A stretch of 46,493 bases of DNA from Candidatus Nealsonbacteria bacterium DGGOD1a (GTDB taxonomy: Bacteria; Patescibacteriota; Minisyncoccia; Minisyncoccales; UBA5738). The notes below the pieces were generated by a model, which saw only the letters and a list, made by a program, of their open reading frames with translations, had not been told where the DNA came from and ran no database searches. The stretch's first letter is position 1. Every line of letters starts with the position of its first letter. The position numbers and the translations under genes were made by a program. Shown in pieces: positions 45,784 to 46,493 of the stretch. The stretch is from the NCBI GenBank assembly GCA_022530585.1, contig CP092821.1, positions 392,222 to 438,714 of the forward strand. The letters run 5' to 3'.

Positions 45784-46493
45784 ATGAAAAAACAAATCCG
45801 CAAAAAACGAAAAAAGAAGCGGCATTTTCGCCATTTGAAGCAAACCGACCGGGATCGAATCGAAGCGCTGTTGAATGCCGGCCACAAACAAGAGGAAGTT
45901 GCCAAAATACTTGATTTTGATGCCAGCGCCATCAGCCGGGAGATGAAAAGAAAACGCAAGAACGGCAAATACTCGGCGCTGACCGCCCAGCTGAAAGCAA
46001 GAGCGAAAAGATTAAACAGCAAGCATCCGGGAATGAAGGTTGAGCAATATCCGGAGTTAAGGGAACAAATCATCAAAGGGTTGAAAGACCACCGCTCCCC
46101 GGATGAGATCGCCGGGCGGATGAAGCGTGAAAAGCAAAACCCGCGGGTCGGCGCCAATGCCATCTACAAATGGCTGTACAGCGCTTGGGGCCAGGCATAT
46201 TGCCCGCTTCTTTGCACCAAGCGATATCATCCGCGCAAACAGAAAAAGAAAACCAAAAGAGAAATGATTCCTAATCGTATTTCCATCAAAAAGAGGCCAA
46301 AGCGAGGAATCCACGCCGAAGGCGATCTGTTTGTTTCGCCGACCAAAACCGGCAGCCAAAACAGCGGCGCAATCATTTGCGTTCCAGCCTCGAAACTGCT
46401 TGCCGGCACGATGATTGAAAGCAAAAAACCGGCCGTAATGAGGCTGGCCGTTAAAAGCATGTTGTTGGATTTGAGCATTGATGATCTGACTTT
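45784..46493 (+). CDS. IS30-family transposase (5' complete, runs off the window end)
   Basis: My translation from the ATG at 45784 gives LKQTDRDRIEALLNAGHKQEEVAKILDFDASAISREMKR (HTH). It continues with SPDEIAGRM, AIYKWLY and IKKRPKRGIHAEGDL. There is no stop before the window end, so it is absent from the ORF track. Confidence 0.85.
   Translation, partial: MKKQIRKKRKKKRHFRHLKQTDRDRIEALLNAGHKQEEVAKILDFDASAISREMKRKRKNGKYSALTAQLKARAKRLNSKHPGMKVEQYPELREQIIKGLKDHRSPDEIAGRMKREKQNPRVGANAIYKWLYSAWGQAYCPLLCTKRYHPRKQKKKTKREMIPNRISIKKRPKRGIHAEGDLFVSPTKTGSQNSGAIICVPASKLLAGTMIESKKPAVMRLAVKSMLLDLSIDDLT

Noticed and set aside
45738-46163. N-terminal two-thirds of the 229-aa minus-strand ORF
   Set aside because: It is antisense to the clearly recognisable IS30-family transposase reading frame. 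Only the 3' 87 codons (45474..45737) lie outside it, and only those are kept as a low-confidence CDS.

Overview
This window looks like a small-genome, CPR/Patescibacteria-like bacterial fragment. That placement is an inference from compact genes, a 147-aa EF-Ts, a PheT lacking its OB-fold domain, fermentative gene content and standard TGA stops. All family calls come from motifs read by eye; no searches were run.

The core (about 1-39.8 kb) carries housekeeping and central-metabolism genes:
- a GltS-type FMN domain protein and a membrane-anchored Clp/Hsp100-like ATPase;
- a NuoF-like protein, an HD-domain protein and an [FeFe]-hydrogenase;
- a thiol-redox gene block;
- gap, acs, ppsA, a PfkB kinase and an archaeal-type FBP aldolase/phosphatase;
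- rplY, prfA, rpmE, rpsB, tsf, tRNA-Thr, pheST, gyrB and secE-nusG-rplK.

Nearly every intergenic space is filled with long hairpin or MITE-like repeats. One MITE family shares its terminal inverted repeats with an intact IS982-like element in the window, which has 16-bp TIRs and a 6-bp target duplication.

Two divergent HUH/Y1 (RAYT/IS200-like) transposase genes are each bracketed by their own perfect hairpin pair.

The FBP aldolase/phosphatase gene is split by a perfect 100-bp tandem duplication.

After rplK the conserved ribosomal cluster breaks into an AT-rich accessory island (about 39.8-46.5 kb). It holds two tandem MntA/HepT modules, a Zn-ribbon protein, a tightly coupled three-gene operon (unknown, HicB-like, HicA-like) bracketed by about 120-bp direct repeats, the IS982-like element and an IS30-family transposase that runs off the window end.

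A small TA/defence islet sits between acs and ppsA: an AbiEii-like NTase with a small partner, and a RhuM-Fic/Doc fusion.

The repeat-bracketed three-gene operon and the hairpin-flanked RAYT-like elements are my best candidates for something undescribed.
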